From NCBI GenBank assembly GCA_016748015.1, contig JAAOMT010000009.1, positions 1,613,924 through 1,677,923 on the forward strand: 64,000 bases of DNA, given 5' to 3'. The DNA is from Geosiphon pyriformis uo1 (taxonomy: Eukaryota; Fungi; Glomeromycota). How positions within the stretch are numbered: position 1 is the first letter of the stretch; every line of letters begins with the position of its first letter. Made by a program: the position numbers and the translations under genes. Below, in pieces: positions 36,490-51,000 of the stretch. The notes beneath the pieces were generated by a model that saw only the letters and a list, made by a program, of their open reading frames with translations, was not told where the DNA came from and did no database searches.

Positions 36490-39400
36490 TGTGCAGTCTA
36501 ATATTTTAAATCTGTAATTATTATTTAAAAATAGTTATTAAGAAATATAATTAATTAATTTATATTTAGTATTAATAATATATAATTATAATTTTAAATT
36601 TAGCTATTTAAATCTGATTATTTAAAATATTAACTCTTGAAAAAATAACATACTAAGTAAGTTTACAACTAAATTAATTAATTTAATATATATAAATAAT
36701 TAATGTACCTAAAACAATTTTAATATAATATATAGATTTTATATAATTTAACTATATATACAGTTTTTCTGTAAGCTAAAAAAAATATTAATTTTATATT
36801 AAACCAATTTTTTTTTATAACTTTATATTAAGTAGTCAATTATTTTTTCTATATATATTTTTTTCTTTTTTTTAAGCTTTAAATATTTTTTATTAATATT
36901 TAAAATATGTTATATATTTACTATTATTCTTTTAAATTTTTATTATTTTCTGTTTTTTAAACACATATTATTAATATTTTATATTATGTTTTATTTACTA
37001 AATAAGCTATTAGTTTTATTATCTGATTTTGTTTTTATTATAATATTAATTAAATAATAAAAAGTATTATATTATTAAAAATATAGTCTTAATAATAATA
37101 TTTTTAATTAAATATTTTAGTTATATTTTTTTTATAAGTTTTTTTATGATTTTTTTATTTTTGCTTTTAAAACTACATTTTTAAACACTATATTTTTTTA
37201 ATAATTTATTAAAAAAATTCTGGATTAAAAAGTTTTAATTTTTGGCTAATTGTGTTTTTTGTGTCTTAAATATAATTTTAATTATTTTTTCTTATAAAAC
37301 TTATATTAAACTGGTTTTTGTTCAAAAATAAATAGTAATTACAACACTTTTTTTTACTTTAACAATTTGTTTATTACTTTTTTTATTCTTTTAAAACTGA
37401 AATAATTTATATAATTATGTATATACTATAATTAATAACCATATATATGATTATATATATTACTAGAAAAAAGCATTATTATTGTTAAAAAAAATTTTAA
37501 ATCTGTGTTTTTTTTTTAGTAATAATGTTTAATTTGTTATTAATTCTGAATAAAATATAAACATTTTCAATTATAATACTGTTTAGTTAACAATAATTAA
37601 CACAAAAGTGAATTTTTCTATTTTTTTTTTAATAAAAACTACTAATAAAGTTTATAAACTTATTAATAGTTAAATAAGCTTATTATTAAACATTTATTGG
37701 ATTTTTTTTAAAAATATTAGTAACTAATAAGTAAAACTTAATTAACTTGTTGTTATCTTAATTTAATATCTTTAATATATATTTAATGTTAAATTAAGTC
37801 AATTTTTCTTAAATTATTGTTGTTTTTTGTAAATATATTAACATATTTTATAATAAATTATTTAAGTTGTTTTTGTTATTATAGTTTTAATTGTTTTATG
37901 TTAATTTGAAATAATTTTTTAACAATAACATAATAGTTTTTAATAGTAAAGATTAAATTAAACTTTAAAAATAAATATCTGATTATTTTTGTAAAATTAA
38001 AAACTTTCTATAATAATTCTTGCTAAAAAATATTATTATAAATAATTTCAATTTTAATTAATTAACATATAATAGAATAATTATTGAAGTTGTAAAAAAT
38101 AACATTAAATTTTTTAATTTTTTGTAGTCAATAAATATTTGAAATTAATATTTTATGTTTTTTGCAAAATTTTTTGTTTAATTTAAATATTTGTTAAATA
38201 ATAATAGATGTCAGATAAGTATATGTTTTTTAAATTTTTTCAAAACATAAAAAAGTAATTGTTTTTAATAATCTAAAAATCTGGTAAGATTTATTTTGTA
38301 TATTAAAAATTATATTTACTTAAACTATAAATTATTTAATTAATTTAAATTCTTGAATTTTTTTTTACTTTTGCCAAGTTTGTCTTGATTTTAAACTAAT
38401 TGTAAATCCAAAATATTAATTAAAAATAAATAGATAGTTTAAGCAACTTTTTTAACATGTTTAATTTTGAATAGCTTTTTAATTTTTTTTAAAACATTAT
38501 TGTAATTTCTTTAATATATTTTGCATTAATGATTTTTTTGCCTATTAATAATAATTAAAAGCAATTTGTATTATTGTTTTTAATAAAATTTAAAACCAAT
38601 TTTTAAATTAATTTTTGTTACCAATTTTGGTTACAAAACCAAAGTATCTTTTTTTGAATATTGTAAATCATATTCAATATTAATTTTATAAGTTTTTTTA
38701 TTTGATTTTTTGTCTATTGTTGTTAAAATATTTAAGTTATAAGACAAATTGGTTTTTAATAAATAAATTAGCATTGTTAAAACTTTTTTTTGTGGTTTTT
38801 ATTTACTAAATTTAATTTCATTTTGGTTATTTTTAATTGGTAATAATATAATAAAAACATAACATTTAAAATATTATTAATTATTACAAAACATAATATA
38901 TTCTTTGTAAAGTTGAATATTTATCTGTTTTAATTATTAAATCTGAGTTTTTTTTAAGAAATAAACATAACTTAAAATTAAATAATATAATTCTATTTTA
39001 TTTTTATAATTAAATTTAACTAATTTTATTATATATTCAATATATTTAGCTTTTTTTATTTGTCAAATATTCTGAAATTTTTTGTTAATAAAAACTATTG
39101 CTAATTTATAGATTATTTTAGTATTATAAAAATAATAATATAATTTGTTAAAAATATTGTTGTATATTATTGTAAAAAATGTTTTTTATTTTATTTTTTT
39201 GGAAATAAAAAGAGTATATTGGCAGATTTGATCACAAATTTTTTTTATTAATATATTAATTTAATTGTATTTTTTTAGTATTAATTTTTTACATATAAAA
39301 CAAAAAATATTATTCTATTTTTTATTTTATTTTGGTCTGCCAAATTGTTTTTAATAATAAATTTTATAATAATAGTATGTATAAGTTTTATATTTTTTTT

Positions 39401-40254
39401 ATATATGCAGATTTTTATTGATAAAAGCTTTTTATTATAGTTTTTACATTTAAGTAAAATATAAATTGGCTATTTTTTTGGTTGTGGTTTTGAATAAAAA
39501 ACATATTAGTTGTTAAATTGTTTATTTATTGAGACTAATTTAAATTATTGATTAAAATTTTCAAATTATAATATTGTTGTTTATAGTTTAAGAGTTTTAA
39601 TAATTTTTGCTTTTTTTTTAATCCAATTAGATTAAAAGTTAAATATTATGTAAGTTTTGGTAATCAGTTTTTTTTTCTTCTTAAATTCGAAAACTAAGAC
39701 TTTTTCTGATTATTTGTTAAAAGTATTACAAGTAGCAAATACTTTAATGTGTTGTTCTTAATAAAAAATTTGCAATTTTTGTGTTTTTTAATATAAATTT
39801 GTATTGGTTTTAAGAAACCAATTATTTTTGATAAGTATTTAATATTAAAATATATTTATAATAAAAACTTTAATTAAAATAATAATTCTGTTAATTGTGA
39901 AGAGAAAATTGTTAATTTTTCTTATTAGTGGCTTTTTTATATTATTAACAGTAACAATTATAATTTGAGCAAATTAGTTAACATTTTACTAGAGTTTTTA
40001 TATTAATTAATAAGTAATAATATTTTTAACAAATTTATTATTTAAAATTAATTAAATAAATTTTTTTTTAACTTAAGTTTTAATGTATATAATAATAATT
40101 GTTTTTTGTTTGGAAACAGTTGTATTATTAAATAGAAATAAGAATTTATTGACTTTAAATTTAAATAAAAATATATTTAAAATATTAGTATTTTTGGTTA
40201 TTTTTATTAGTAAAATTGTAATATTATTGTAAAAAATATTTTGCTATTATATTA
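36490..40254 (-). mobile_element. Relic G: extremely AT-eroded Ty3/Gypsy element (PR, Cys-rich, dUTPase and RT remnants)
   Basis: Minus-strand ghost translations: LIKNNWFLKTNTNL (PR end, about 39800), EYDLQYSKKDTLVL...IINAKY...KVA*TIYL...LGKS..IQEF (dUTPase, 38340-38700), KKNRKIHFCVNYC*LN (RT, about 37600). The part left of about 37480 is uncertain. Confidence 0.7.
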
Positions 40255-40797
40255 AAATTTGGCAATGGATTCTGCATCTGCTCTTTGAATTGCTTTCGCC
40301 TCTGGCCATTTAATGAAATAGTCCATGGCTACTGCTATATATCTGTTTCTTCTGCTGGTAATTGTTAATGATCTGACTAAATCAATTCCAATCCGGTCGA
40401 ATGGTTGTTCCACTTTGATTGGTCTTAATGGTTTACTGGGTCTTGTTCCTCCTTTTCACTGACAAGCATCACAATTTTGAACATATTGGATGATGTTTGG
40501 ATGCATTGATGGCCAATAGTATCTTTTTCTGGTTCTTTCTATGGTTGCTTCTTTGTGAAAGTGTTCAGCTGTTGGATTTGAGTGCATGTTGAATAATATT
40601 GTCTCTTTCTTTAACTCTGTAATTACTCTGGTTGGCTGATCTGGATTCCTCTTATTTTTCTGATAAAGTATATTTTGGTGAGTAATAAAATATTTTAATT
40701 GTTGTTTGATCCTCTTTTGTTCTATTTGAGATAAATTCTCCTTGAACTGTTGAGTGTTTATATAATGTTAAAGTTGTTGATATTTTTGTATGTTCAT
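40255..40797 (-). pseudogene. int: C integrase ORF, N-terminal part
   Basis: ATG (MNIQKYQ) follows the same stop-containing spacer as in A. Confidence 0.85.
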
Positions 40798-40857
40798 TTT
40801 TTGTTATTTTTTGTTGGTATTGTTCTGGTTTTATTATATTTTTGGGTTGAAATGTTC

Positions 40858-43800
40858 TTAAATTTGTCTTATTTGTGACAAACCATCAGTATTTTCATTG
40901 TCTTTTCCTTTTTTGTAATGTATAGTATAATTGTATAGTGCAAGTGCCATTTTCTATCTTAACTGTCTTCTATCTCTAAATTCTTGTTTTTGGAGTAATG
41001 TTAATCCCTTGTAATCTGTATATACCTCAAACTTCTGGCTCAAGTATTTTTTTCATTTCATGACAGCCCAGTATATTGCTAAGTGTTCTTGTTCCAGTGT
41101 TCTATAGTTCTTTTCAGCTGGCATTAAACCTCTGCTGGCATATGCTACTGGATGTTTTCTGCTATCTGGTCCTCTCTAAAATAATACTGCTCCCAATGCT
41201 TGGCCGGATGCATCAGTGGTGATAATGAATGGTTTGCTGTGATCTGGATAAATCAGTACTGAAGCTTGAATGAGCTTTCTTTTTAAAATGTCAAAAGCTT
41301 CTTGTTAACTTTCTGCCCATTCATATTTGGTATTCTTGGTTTGCAGTTGGTTGAGTGGCTGTGCTATTTTGGAAAAGTTCTTGATAAAACATCAATAGTA
41401 GCTGGTGAATCCCAAGAATGATTTCAGTTCTGTCATATTGGTCAGCACTGGAAAGTTCTTTACTATCTCTATTTTCTCTGGATCTGTTTTGATGCCGTCT
41501 TTGCTGACTATGTGCCCTAAGAATTTTAATTCTGTCTTACCAAAGAAGCACTTTGTTGCATTTAACTTTAGCTCTGCTCTTCTTAGTCTTTCGAACACTT
41601 GTTGGAGATAATGAAGATAATCATCAAATGTTTTTGAGAATACATTGGTGTTGTCCAAGTATACAATTACTGATTTTCACAATAAGCCAGTATAGATGAT
41701 TTCTATTAGCTGTTAGAAAGTGGCTGGTGCGTTGGTTAAACCAAATGGCATTACTTCAAATTCAAAATTCCCTTTTCTTGTGGTGAATGCCATCTTCTCT
41801 TTGTTGGCTGAATTCATGGCTACTTGCCAGTAACCACTATCTAAGTCCAACGTTGAAAACCATTTGTTTCCACCAAAAGCATCGAATAATTCCTATATCT
41901 GTAAAGTTGGATAGCTGTCTTCACGAGTTACACTATTGAGTTTTCTGTAGTCCACACAAAATTGGATTTTTCTATTCTTCTTATGGACAAGTACCACTAA
42001 TGATGACCATGGGCTCATTGATGGCTGAATTAGCCCATTGTCAAGCATTCGGTTTATCTCTTGACGAATAATCTTGTGGCTGACTGGTGGCACTCTGTAT
42101 GCTTTTTGTTTAATTGGCATTGCATCTCCAGTCTTGATCTGGTGCTGGATAATGTCAGTTTGGCCAAACTCATTTTCGCTAGCAAAGATGTTATTGAACT
42201 GGTTGAGCAACATCCTGAGTTGCATACGTTGGAGTGGATCTAAGTTTCCCATGTTTATTTGTTCCAATTGTTCTGGTTGGAGCAAATAACATTCACTTCA
42301 TCTGTATATTGTTTGTGATGTGATATTGACATATCCACAAAGTTGTAGAAAGTCTGGAATGAGATTTGGTGGTTGATCTTCCATTTTAGTGTTTAAGTAT
42401 CCAATAATGGTTCCAGCTGGTATTTCTATGACATTTCCTGTATTATTGTAGATGGAAATTTTGATGTGGCTGTAATCTTTGGCTGGTATGTAGAGATTGA
42501 TAAGTCCAACTTCTTCTGATTCACAAAGACTGGCTTCTGCTTCAAAAATTTGTGCTTGGTCTTTTTCCTTCCTTTCTATTGCTAGCATGTACTGGTTATA
42601 TAGTGAAATGGAAATAGCTTGACCAGTTGAGATAATTTCTCCTTGGCCAACAATTTCTTCCTCCGCTATATTAACTGATATATCTATTCTACCCATTGAT
42701 CTGAATCCCTGTATTCCTCTCGCTGTTATTTCTAATTCCTCCCTCTTTTCCACTGATACTAACTGAGCTACTCTAACCAGAGGCAGGAATATTGCCTGTG
42801 CTATTTTTTTGCTGGGCTCTATTACATAAGTCTTTTCTGAGTCATTTTGTAGCATAGCAATGATATTTTCTATATATCCTGTGTCAATTATTCCTCCTCT
42901 TATATTAATCTTTTTTTTTACTAAACTACTCTTAGATGCTAATTAAACCATTGTTGTTGCCAGAATTTCTAGTGCTACTTTCAGATCAATGCAGGTGCGT
43001 GTATGTGGTTTCAATTTGATGACTTCTGTTCCCGGATATCTCAGATCAAATCCTGCATCAGTATCGTGCACACATTCTGGCATAATACCTTTCCCATTGT
43101 CACTATACCATTTCAACTCTTGTTCCTTGGAGAGATCTGATAGTGCAATGTATTGTTTATAGTTTAAATCAGAGTTTGAATCTGAGTTTGGATCGTCTTT
43201 GTTGTCATTGCCATTTTGAATGGAGCTGGAACTAGTGTTTTTGTCATCATTATCAAAGTCTGAATCACAATTGATCAGCAATTCTGATTCCGATGCACAG
43301 CTGCTGATTGGTTTTTCTTCTTCAGGGATTGTATAGATCATGCATGGTGGTGGATTGTAAATGAGATTACAATCATCACAATATTCAAAGTTACTGGGAA
43401 TTAAACAATGGCAACACAGTCTTGTATTTAACTGTGCTAGCCATTGTTCTTGCTCTTCTCTAGTGGGTGCCAAGTTTTGGTAGTGTTCATGAAACTCTTC
43501 TGGTTCCAGAAAATTTATGACTGGCTCAGCATCCCAGTCAAGCTCAATGGGTTCTGGTGGGTTGTTTTTAATTGTTCTGATTTCTTTTGGCAACGCGCCT
43601 TCAATTTTGGTGATTGCCATCTACCATAATTCATTGTTGTTGTGGGGACAACTGTCCAATCACTGTACAGCTCTTCTCCAGGTGGCTTCTATAGGTGTTT
43701 TTTTCTTGACCCAGTTGCTAATGAGGATCGTGTATTGGCAGAACACGTCGTACATTCCTCCTCTCCCCAGAATGTCATTCCACATTCCTTCATTGAGGAG

Positions 43801-46800
43801 AGTTTCTCTACAGGCTATACATGGTGTATTATCCCATTTTCTCATTCATTTTGGTCTTCCAAAACATTTGACATGGCATGTGCGGCAATAAAACTTGATT
43901 GCTGTCTGATATTTTTCATTGTTACCACAGCATGCATTTATTGATGACAATTTTTTGCCGCAATCAATGCATATCAGTTTGGGTCAGCAATAGGTTGATG
44001 ATTGTTGTTAACCATAAGTGTATGGGATATAAGTGTTGTTGGCTTGAGTGTTTTCTTCCTCCCTCTCTTTCCCTTTTCCTTTTTTTTTTTTCCACTCCCA
44101 ACTCGATGGTTCTTCTTGTTCATTGTCAGTCCAAGTCAGATTGTCGGTTTCCCAGGTAAGTTTATTTGTTTGCTTTCCTTTCCTGTTGTCGTCCCAAGAG
44201 AGTATTGAGGGCAGCTCATTGTGCTCTTCATTAGCCCACGATATTTGGTAGGCTTCCCAGGTAGGTTTTTGTTTTTTTTCCTCAAAGTCGATTAGTGGTG
44301 CCATGGTATTGGTAGCTTTGAAGTGGCTACACGTAGCTGGTACTCGTGTGTATTGTCTGTTCTGACTGAGTTGGAGCTCTTGTGTATTCCAGTTCAGAGT
44401 GGCATTTGTCTTGGACAGCCAGTTATTACCAACTAGAGCTTGGTATTGGATGGCTTCCATAACAAGTACTTTGATTGGTACTATGATGCCGTTAATTTCG
44501 ATTGGTAAGTCATTGATTTTACCGATTGGAGTCTTGGTTGCTCCATCAGCTGTGATAATTCTGGTGCTAGCAGTTCGATCAACTCGGTAACCTAATTGAT
44601 CCATGAATTGTTGTGTAATGATGCTGTCTGCTGAACCACTGTCAAGAATTAGTTTGATGTGATGGCCATCAATTTTCACATCAGTGTACATGGCAGTAAT
44701 GGGCTTTTTTTCCAGTGCAGCTCTACTAAATAATGGCATGGTTAATGGTTTCTCAAGTTTGAATGGAAAAATGGTGTCCAGTAATTCGTTATTGGTGACT
44801 GTTGCTGGCGGAATATTGCTGGTATGTGTTTGTTGTTTCTGGGTGGGTTTCTGGTTGCTGGGTGAGGCGTCTTCTGGGGTAACTAAAAGACTTAAATAGT
44901 TCTGGGAATTCAGGTTTTGGGGATTCCTGGCGCCTGAATTCCATTGATGAGATCCTGTTTGACTGAAAGAGCTGAGAATTGGCTGATGAACTACCATTGA
45001 CAATCTCCAGTTTTGCTGTGTAATTCTCAGTCTTTGGACTCTGCTGGCTGGTAAGTTTTGTGGCGGGGTTGGAATTGTTTGGGGTTAATAGATTGTTGGC
45101 AGTTGTGGTTGATACATTATCTGTGGCTGTGGCTGATAAATTGGGGCCATTGGTTGATAAATTAGAGCTTGATATACTGGTGGCTGATAAATTGATTGCT
45201 GCATTATTGGCAGGTAAGTAGTTTGATATTGTGTTGAGTTTGATTAATAATTCAGAGTGGAGAACCAGTGATTGGGGTTTCAATATTGATTTTTCGATTA
45301 TTGGTTATTTAAATGCTGGCAACAGTCAATTTGGATATGTTCTTGTTTACCACAATAGTGGCAGATACATGTTTCCTGTTGCCACTGTTAATTGGTCGAT
45401 GAAGATGGACGTGGTTGATTTTGGGCATGATTAGAGTTTTCTTGATTATTGCATTGTTGTGGAGGCTGATAAATAGCGTGATTGTTAGCTAAGTATCTTT
45501 TCAATCTCTTATTAATTGATTTACTAAACTTCTCTAATTTGGAATCCAATTCAGATGATCTGTTCATTACTAGATTAACGGCTTGGGCATAGTTAGTCTC
45601 TGACTCAGCGGATTCAAAATTTCTGGCACGTGTGACTGCATCCTGAAGGGTGCCTGGATGCAATGGACATACATGTTGCAAAATGCTGCTGCACAGGCCA
45701 TGGATAAACTGGTTGAGTATCTGTGGAGCTGTGAAATAGTTGGTGTTAATTGCTTGAATTTGGTGCAGGTTTTGATGAAAGCATCCCAAGTAAGTGGTGA
45801 CCGCTTCAGTTTCTCCTTGTTTCATGGTGGTGAATATATTGACTAGACAATTGATGCTGTTATTGTTGCTAAAGTATCTTAGGAATTCCGCTTTGAAGGC
45901 ATTAAAATTTTGTGGTTTATTAACCAAGCTTTGATACCATGAATTGGCAGTATTCTTGAGAAAGTAGGAAATGGCTTATATTGTTCGGGCGTCATTCCAT
46001 CCATTGGCTGCGATGGCTTTTTCTACATCATTCAGTCATACTTGAGTGTCATTCTCTTCACCAGTAAAGTTGTCAAGTTTTGCGATTAGTGCGTAGACCA
46101 TTGGATCTAAGTTAGATGGTTGTGGTGGCTGTTGAAGCAGTTGTTGTTGTACTGGTTGTTAGGGTGGTAGTTGAAGAGGCTGTTATATGGATTTGGTTAT
46201 GGGATTAATCAGCAGTTGATCAATGATAATTACTGGAGGTAAGTTTTGCTGATTAATTAATTTGGGGTTTGGATTGTTCTGCCTTTGATGATTTGGAGTT
46301 TCAATTTCTGAATTTTCTAGATTTAGATTTTGCTGAGTTTGAAAATTCGGGGTTTCAACTTCTGGGTTTTCAGTGATTGGGTGCTGGTAAGTGAATTCTT
46401 GATCCTCTGATTTTTCTTCCTCTTTTTCTGATTCTGCTGCTTCTCATGAATCAGAGATTCTGAAATCAGATGGAGGCGGTGGTGATTGAAATCCTGATGG
46501 GTTGATGATTGTGAATTAAATCCTTCAAAGTATTTGCCATATGGTCTTAATAATTCTGTTTTCCTTTGTTTACTTTGGAATGGGAATCGTCCAAATGCTG
46601 ATGTCGCAGTTGATGGGAATGTGTTTGTTGATGATATGTTAATGGTGTTTCTATGTGTATAGTGGTAAGATGGGTTGCTTAGAGATTCAATTCTGTTTTT
46701 TTTCCAAGTAGATGGCTGTATTTTTCTGGGTGTTACTGCTGGTGTTTGTAGTTTTCCCTTGCCTTTACTAGTGTATGTAATTAGATATCTTTGTTGAGTG

Positions 46801-47081
46801 TAGTGTTCAATTTCTTTGTTGATCTCAGTAATGATGGATGCGAAATTATGATTTGTTGGCAGGTTGGTGTTTTGAATTAACTCCCTATAGAAAGTTTCTC
46901 TTGCTGATTCAGTATTCACTGGTGTTCTTAATAAAGAAGAAATCTTTTTGTTAACGTAAAAGTTGAAGGCTGATTCAGTGGATATATGATTGTGGTTTAA
47001 TCCTAAGTATTAACAATAGTGTTGAAATAAGGATTTTGCAAATCCTAAATGGTTTGCTCCTATATTTTCTGATTCTGCCAC
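40858..47081 (-). pseudogene. gag-pol: C ORF1: Gag-PR-Cys-rich-dUTPase-RT-RNase H
   Basis: Track ORFs 45388-45927 (CA), 44008-45003 (PR LILDSGS), 42943-43620 (DTDAGFDL) and 41893-42285 (RT). Confidence 0.93.
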
Positions 47082-47143
47082 TTTTGGATGATGTTTGTTG
47101 GTGCTGGTTCTCTGTAGAATTATACCTCACAGAGAGCACCAAA

Positions 47144-48020
47144 TGTTACAGGTGATTATTTCTGCTGTTGAATTAAATAACAAACCTGTAACTTGGTGCT
47201 CAAAAGCTACTTCTGTGGATGAGTTTCTGCAAGTGTAATATCTGAAGGTTTTGATGAAGTTCTTTGTATAATAGACAGAGATTCAATAGTGTCGATAGTA
47301 GATGTATCTTTCCAAGAGTTTTCCCAATTTTTTTCTCAGCATGGTGGCCGAATTTAGTCTGGTAGTCATGCCCTTCTGGTAAGCTATCTGATAATATATA
47401 AAATTCTACTCTTATTTCTGGATCTTTTACCAGACTATTCTTAACGTTAATAACTTAGTGCTTAATTTTTTAATCAATTAGTATACAACAACAAAATCAA
47501 AACAGAAAATAAAATAAAAAAAATAAAATAAAAAAAATAGAGAAAATAAGCCAAGGCAATTTGGTACATTAGTATCTCATCAATAGCTGTGATCAAAAGC
47601 TATTGTTCCAGTGTGGTTAAGTATCAATTATTATCAACATGAAGTGTTGATAGTGGAGAGTAGATTGAGATATGGAATAATTATTTATTTGATGATTGAG
47701 AACTGGAATGTTACTTAAATTAAATCTAAACTGAGAGGTCTTTTTTTTTTTAGCTTTTAATCCTACTGCTATATATACATAATTGAGATTCCTCAATTCC
47801 TCAATTCTTTACAACAGGAATTCTGGAATTCCTAGAATCCTGCAATTTTTTTGAAAGGAATTCTGGAATTCTGGAATCTTGCGATTTCTCATCGGAGAAT
47901 TCTGAAATTTCTGGAATCCTGCAATTCCTAAGAGGAATCCTGGAATTCCCCATTTACTACGCCTACTTCTGATTGGCTACTAATCATGCTAATATATTTC
48001 CTATATTTCTATAAGTAACA
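47144..48020 (-). repeat. 5' LTR of C (877 bp)
   Basis: Inverted homologue of the A LTRs, with TGTTAC...TGTAACA termini. Confidence 0.93.
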
Positions 48021-51000
48021 ACAATATTCTAATACCAAGTTATTAATACTTAAAGAAAGTGTTTTATGGGTTTTTTTTTTCTTAAGCTTTTTTTGGAACT
48101 GTTTTATCTTTTCAAAAGCAATTATTTGTGCTTTTACCAAGGAGTCAAGAATAGTACCAAGTTTTCTTTGCAAAATGTCTTTGTAATTTTCTATTGTGAT
48201 CTCTTTAAAGAGAATTGTCTTAATATTAGTTTCTATTAGTAGTGTTGTCATATATTTATAAAGCAAATAAAAAAGTTTATAATTTGTTATGTTATGATTT
48301 ACAGTTCTATAAGCAAATAAGACTGAAGGCAGTACTTTGTTTTATAAATTTGTTTCTTTACTGGTTTTGGTTAGAGTTTTACATAGTATTCTGTTAAAAC
48401 GTTTTACTAGACTATTTGTTTGAGGGTGATAAGAAGAGAAGAGTTTATGACATATTTCTATTTTTCTACAAAGTTTTTTAACCAGTGTACTAAAAAAAGC
48501 TCTTTTTTTATCAGATAAAAGTTTTTTGGGGCAGCCATGATAGCAAATGATATCTTCATAAATGAAATTGTCTATTGAGACTGCTGTTTGGTCAGGAGTG
48601 GCTTTTGCTTCTACCTACTTTGTAAGATAGTTGGTAGCTGTAATAATATATCTGTTGTTATCAAAAGTTATTGTTAAAAGTCCAACAACATCTATACCAA
48701 TTCTGTCAAATAGTTGACCAACAAAAATTGGATGAATATCTTTTTTGTGATTAGATTTGTCTTTTCTTTGGCAGATGTCATAGGTTTTAATGTATTCAGC
48801 AATGTTCTTTCCCAAGATAAGCCAATAATAGTGAGCTAAAGTTTTCTGAATTATCTTTGTTTTTCTAAAGTGTCTAGCTAATGGGTCAGTGTACATGTTG
48901 TATATTACAATTTCTCTTTTTTCAAATTTGATGACTCTTTGGAGATGGTCAGGATTTTTTCTGTTTCTTTTATATAATTGCTTCTGGTAGATTATATTAA
49001 TTTGATTGTTTGTGTAAATGTTCTCTTTGCTGTTAAGTGTATTCTGGTGGGTATTGTCTTTTACCCAAAAATTCTATTAAGGCAAAGTAGTTGTCCAAGT
49101 CTATTATTATGTTTGTTTGTGAAGAAGTTACTAATAATTAAGTTGATTTGGTTTGAGAGGTTGTACTATCACTAGATGATAAGTCTAGAGAAAGCATTAG
49201 TGTTTTGATAATTTGCTCCTTTGTGGTATTGAATATCATAGTCAAATTCATCCAAGTAGAGTATCCAGCAAGTTATTCATTTGTGTTCCAGTTTTTTTAT
49301 TGCACAGCCAAACCAAGACTTGATGATTTGTTACCACTAAGAATTTTGCACCAAAAAGATATTGATCCCAGTAACTAGTAGTCCAAACTACTGCTAAACA
49401 TTCTTGTTTAGTTACTGAGTAGTTCTTTTCTGCTGGTATGAGAGATCTACTGGCATATGCTATGGCATGTTCTCTGTCATTTTCATCTTTCTGTGAAAGA
49501 ACAGTACCAAGTCCATAGTTAGATGTATCAGTGTAAAGAATAAAAGGTTGGTTCAGATTAAGTTGCTTGAGAATTGGTTCAGTAACAAGTTTTTTCTTCA
49601 GAATTTTAAAAGTTTTTTGTTAATAAGTGTCTCAGTAATAATTGACATTTTTCCTGAGTAGCTGATTGAAAGAAAAAATGATTTTGAAGAAATCCTTAAT
49701 AAATTTGCAATAGTAAGAGACCAAACCAAGAAAAAAGTGTAATTCAGAAACATTCATTGGTTGTCTAATGTTTTAAACTTTTTCAACTTTAGCTGGATCA
49801 GGGAAAATTCTATCTTTTGTAATAAGATGACCAAAAAACTGGATGGATTGGTGTTCAAAAAAAGATTTGATTGAATTGATCTTAAGGCCAGCATTTCTGA
49901 ACAGATCAAAAATTTTCTGCAAATGTTCAAGATGTTTATCTCAGGTTTTTGAGTAGACCATTATGTCATCTAAGTAAATTAGAACAAAGTTTTCTTTTAC
50001 TGATTCAAATACTTTGTCTATTAGGTATTGGAAAGTGGAAGGGGCATTAATAAGACCAAAAAACATGACTATGAATTCATAAGTGCTATACTTGGTAATG
50101 AAAGCAGTTTTTTTTCTGCTTTCTGGATCCATCTCTACTTGTCAAAATCCAATAGTTAAGTCAATAGTTGAGAAAAAAGCAGCACTATTGAATTTATTTA
50201 GCATTGCATCAATTTTGGGGAGTGGGTATATGTCTCTTATAGTGATGGCATTTAGTTGGTGGTAGTCAACACAGAAGCATAGAGTTCTACTTTTCTTGGA
50301 TATCATTACAACTGGAAAAGCCCATTTACTCTTGGTTTTTTGTATAAATCCAAGATTTTTCATCTGGTTTATCTCTTTCTTGATAAACTCATCATTGCAT
50401 TAATTGGATTAATAAGGCTTCAAATAGATAGGATGAGTTTTTTTTGTGGTGATGGTATATTGTATTACATAGATTCGTCTAGAGGTATTACTTTCTTTTA
50501 AGATAACTGGGCTATTTCTAGCCAACAGATTTTCAATGTCCACTTTTTTTTCTTCAGAGGAAGGTTTTCTTTGTTCAACAACTAGTGATTGGATTTCAGA
50601 TGATTCACTCTTAAAAGACTTCTGTACTTCTTTAAGTTTTTTTCTGGATATCAAACTAATTGGCTTCCAATCTTTGTAATAGATTAGGCAGAACTTGTAT
50701 TCATTACTAGGGGAATACAAAGGTTTATTGTACCAGCACTTGGCACAAAAATCATGCCACCAATAACTGTATTTTGCTTTCTTGTCAGGTTTTCTATCAA
50801 AGATTCTTCTGAGGATATTATAGTAGGGCCAGCAGATCAGCTTGCCATTTACTATGATTCCTTCTTTGTCAGCTTTAACATTGTCTAGTAACTTGCCATT
50901 ACTAGTAAAAATGGTATAAGCAAGTTCAGCAGTTTCTTTTTGTTTTTTTTGATCTTTTTCTTCATCACTCTTATCATTATCTGATTTATCTGATTGTTTT

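Larger units (their letters stand above)
40255..48020 (-). mobile_element. LTR retrotransposon C (family A), 5' LTR plus internal region, truncated inside integrase
   Basis: LTR 47144-48020, PBS 47125-47141, colinear with A up to AIQRADAESIA. Confidence 0.95.

Noticed and set aside
44789-45283. 164-aa S/T/N-rich overlapping ORF in C
   Set aside because: It is an alternative frame of the Gln/Pro-rich Gag tail, whose codon composition suppresses stops. No independent evidence for it.
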